Source of the DNA: the human T2T-CHM13v2.0 reference genome, Homo sapiens
Reading direction: 5' to 3' (one strand)
NCBI RefSeq assembly: GCF_009914755.1
Contig: NC_060930.1
DNA length: 64,000 nucleotides
Shown here: positions 62,826 to 64,000 of the stretch, piece after piece
How positions within the stretch are numbered: position 1 is the first letter of the stretch
Layout of the letters: each line of letters begins with the position of its first letter
Made by a program: the position numbers and the translations under genes
The notes under the pieces: model-generated
Told to the model about the DNA's origin: nothing
The model's input: only the letters and a program-made list of their open reading frames with translations
Database searches by the model: none

Positions 62826-64000
62826 GATTCCATATTTGACAATTGTGAATAGTACTACAATAAACATGGTAGGCAGATATCTCTTTGATATATTGATTCT
62901 TTTCTTTTGGACAACTATCTCAGTAGTGGAGTTGCTGGATCATATGGTAGTTCTAATTTTAGTTTTTTGAGGAATCTCCATACTGTTCTCCATAGTGGCT
63001 GTGCTAATTTACATTCCCATTAGCAGTGTATGAGAGTTCCCCTTTCTCCACATTCTTGCCAGCATCTGCTGTTGCTTGTCTTTTTCATACAAGTCCTTTT
63101 AACTGGGATGAGAGGATATTGCAAATTGGTTTTGATTTGCATTTCTCCATGATTAGTGATGTTGAACTTTTTTTTCATAGAGCTGTAGGCCATCTGTATG
63201 TCACTGTTGAGAAATATTCACATCTTTTGCCCATTTTTTAATTAGATTTTTTGTTGTTGTGGTTGCTATTAAGTTGTTTGAGCTCCTTATCTATTCTGGT
63301 TATTAATCACTTGTCAAATGGATGGTTTTCCAATATTTTCTTCCTTTCTATGTGTTGTCCCTTCAATGTCTTGATTGTTCATTTGCAGAAGAAACTTTTT
63401 AGCTTGATATAAACCCAGTTCTATATTTTTGCTTTGGTTGCCTGTGCTTTCGAAGTCGTATACAAAAAAAAAATTGCCAAGACCAATGTCCTGGAGCATT
63501 TCCCCAATGTTTTCTTCTAGCAGTTTCATGATGTCAGGTCTTAGATTCAAGTCTTTAATTCATTTTGATCTGATTTTTTTGTGTATGGTGAGAGATTCAG
63601 GGTCTACTTTCATTCTTGTGTACATAGCTCTCTAGTTTTTCTAGCACTGTTTCTTGAAAAGGCTGTCTTCACCCCATTGTATGTTTTTGCATCTTTGTCA
63701 AAGATGAGTTGGTTGTAAATTCATGGATTTATATCAGAGGTCTCTATTCTGTTCCATCGGTCTATGTGTCTGTTTTTATGCCAGTACCATACTGTTTTGG
63801 TTACTATGTCTTTGTAGTAAATTTTGAAGTCAGGTAAGTGTGATACCTCCAGCTTTGCTCTTTTTGCTTAGGATTACTTTAGCTATTTGAGTTTTTTTGT
63901 GGTTCCATATACATTTGAGAATTTTTTTTCTATTTCTGTGGAGAATGTCATTGGTATTCTGATAAGGATTGCATTGAATCTGTAAAGTGCTTTGGATAGT
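62826..64000 (-). mobile_element. L1MA-like ORF2 3' region, degenerate, runs off window
   Basis: ORF 63314-63550 NLRPDIMKLLEENIGEMLQDIGLG; gtaccatactgttttggttactat. Confidence 0.9.

Overview
Human genomic DNA (a human-specific AluYb8/9-type element is present), about 64 kb of repeat-rich intergenic or intronic sequence. I recognise no intact protein-coding gene, RNA gene or CRISPR array. Most of the window is transposon fossils: about 25 Alus, four L1PA pieces (one 3 kb copy with a nonsense-broken ORF2), old L1M/L2/MIR, many MaLR/ERVL/ERV1 solo LTRs including a full LTR12, and DNA-transposon MITEs (Tigger1, Tigger2a, MER53, MADE1, MER94, MER5A). The best lead is a candidate minus-strand spliced unit: the LTR12 promoter (~6460), a strong splice donor at 5896, then an unexplained coding-like exon (2254-2026) and a second exon (1266-1129). 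Other points: two ERVL LTRs carrying a decayed APOA4-like coding fragment, two short dispersed local duplications, a fold-back L1 5' junction without a TSD, and miRNA-family MITE hairpins. Repeat subfamily names come from my recollection of consensus sequences, and old-element boundaries are approximate.
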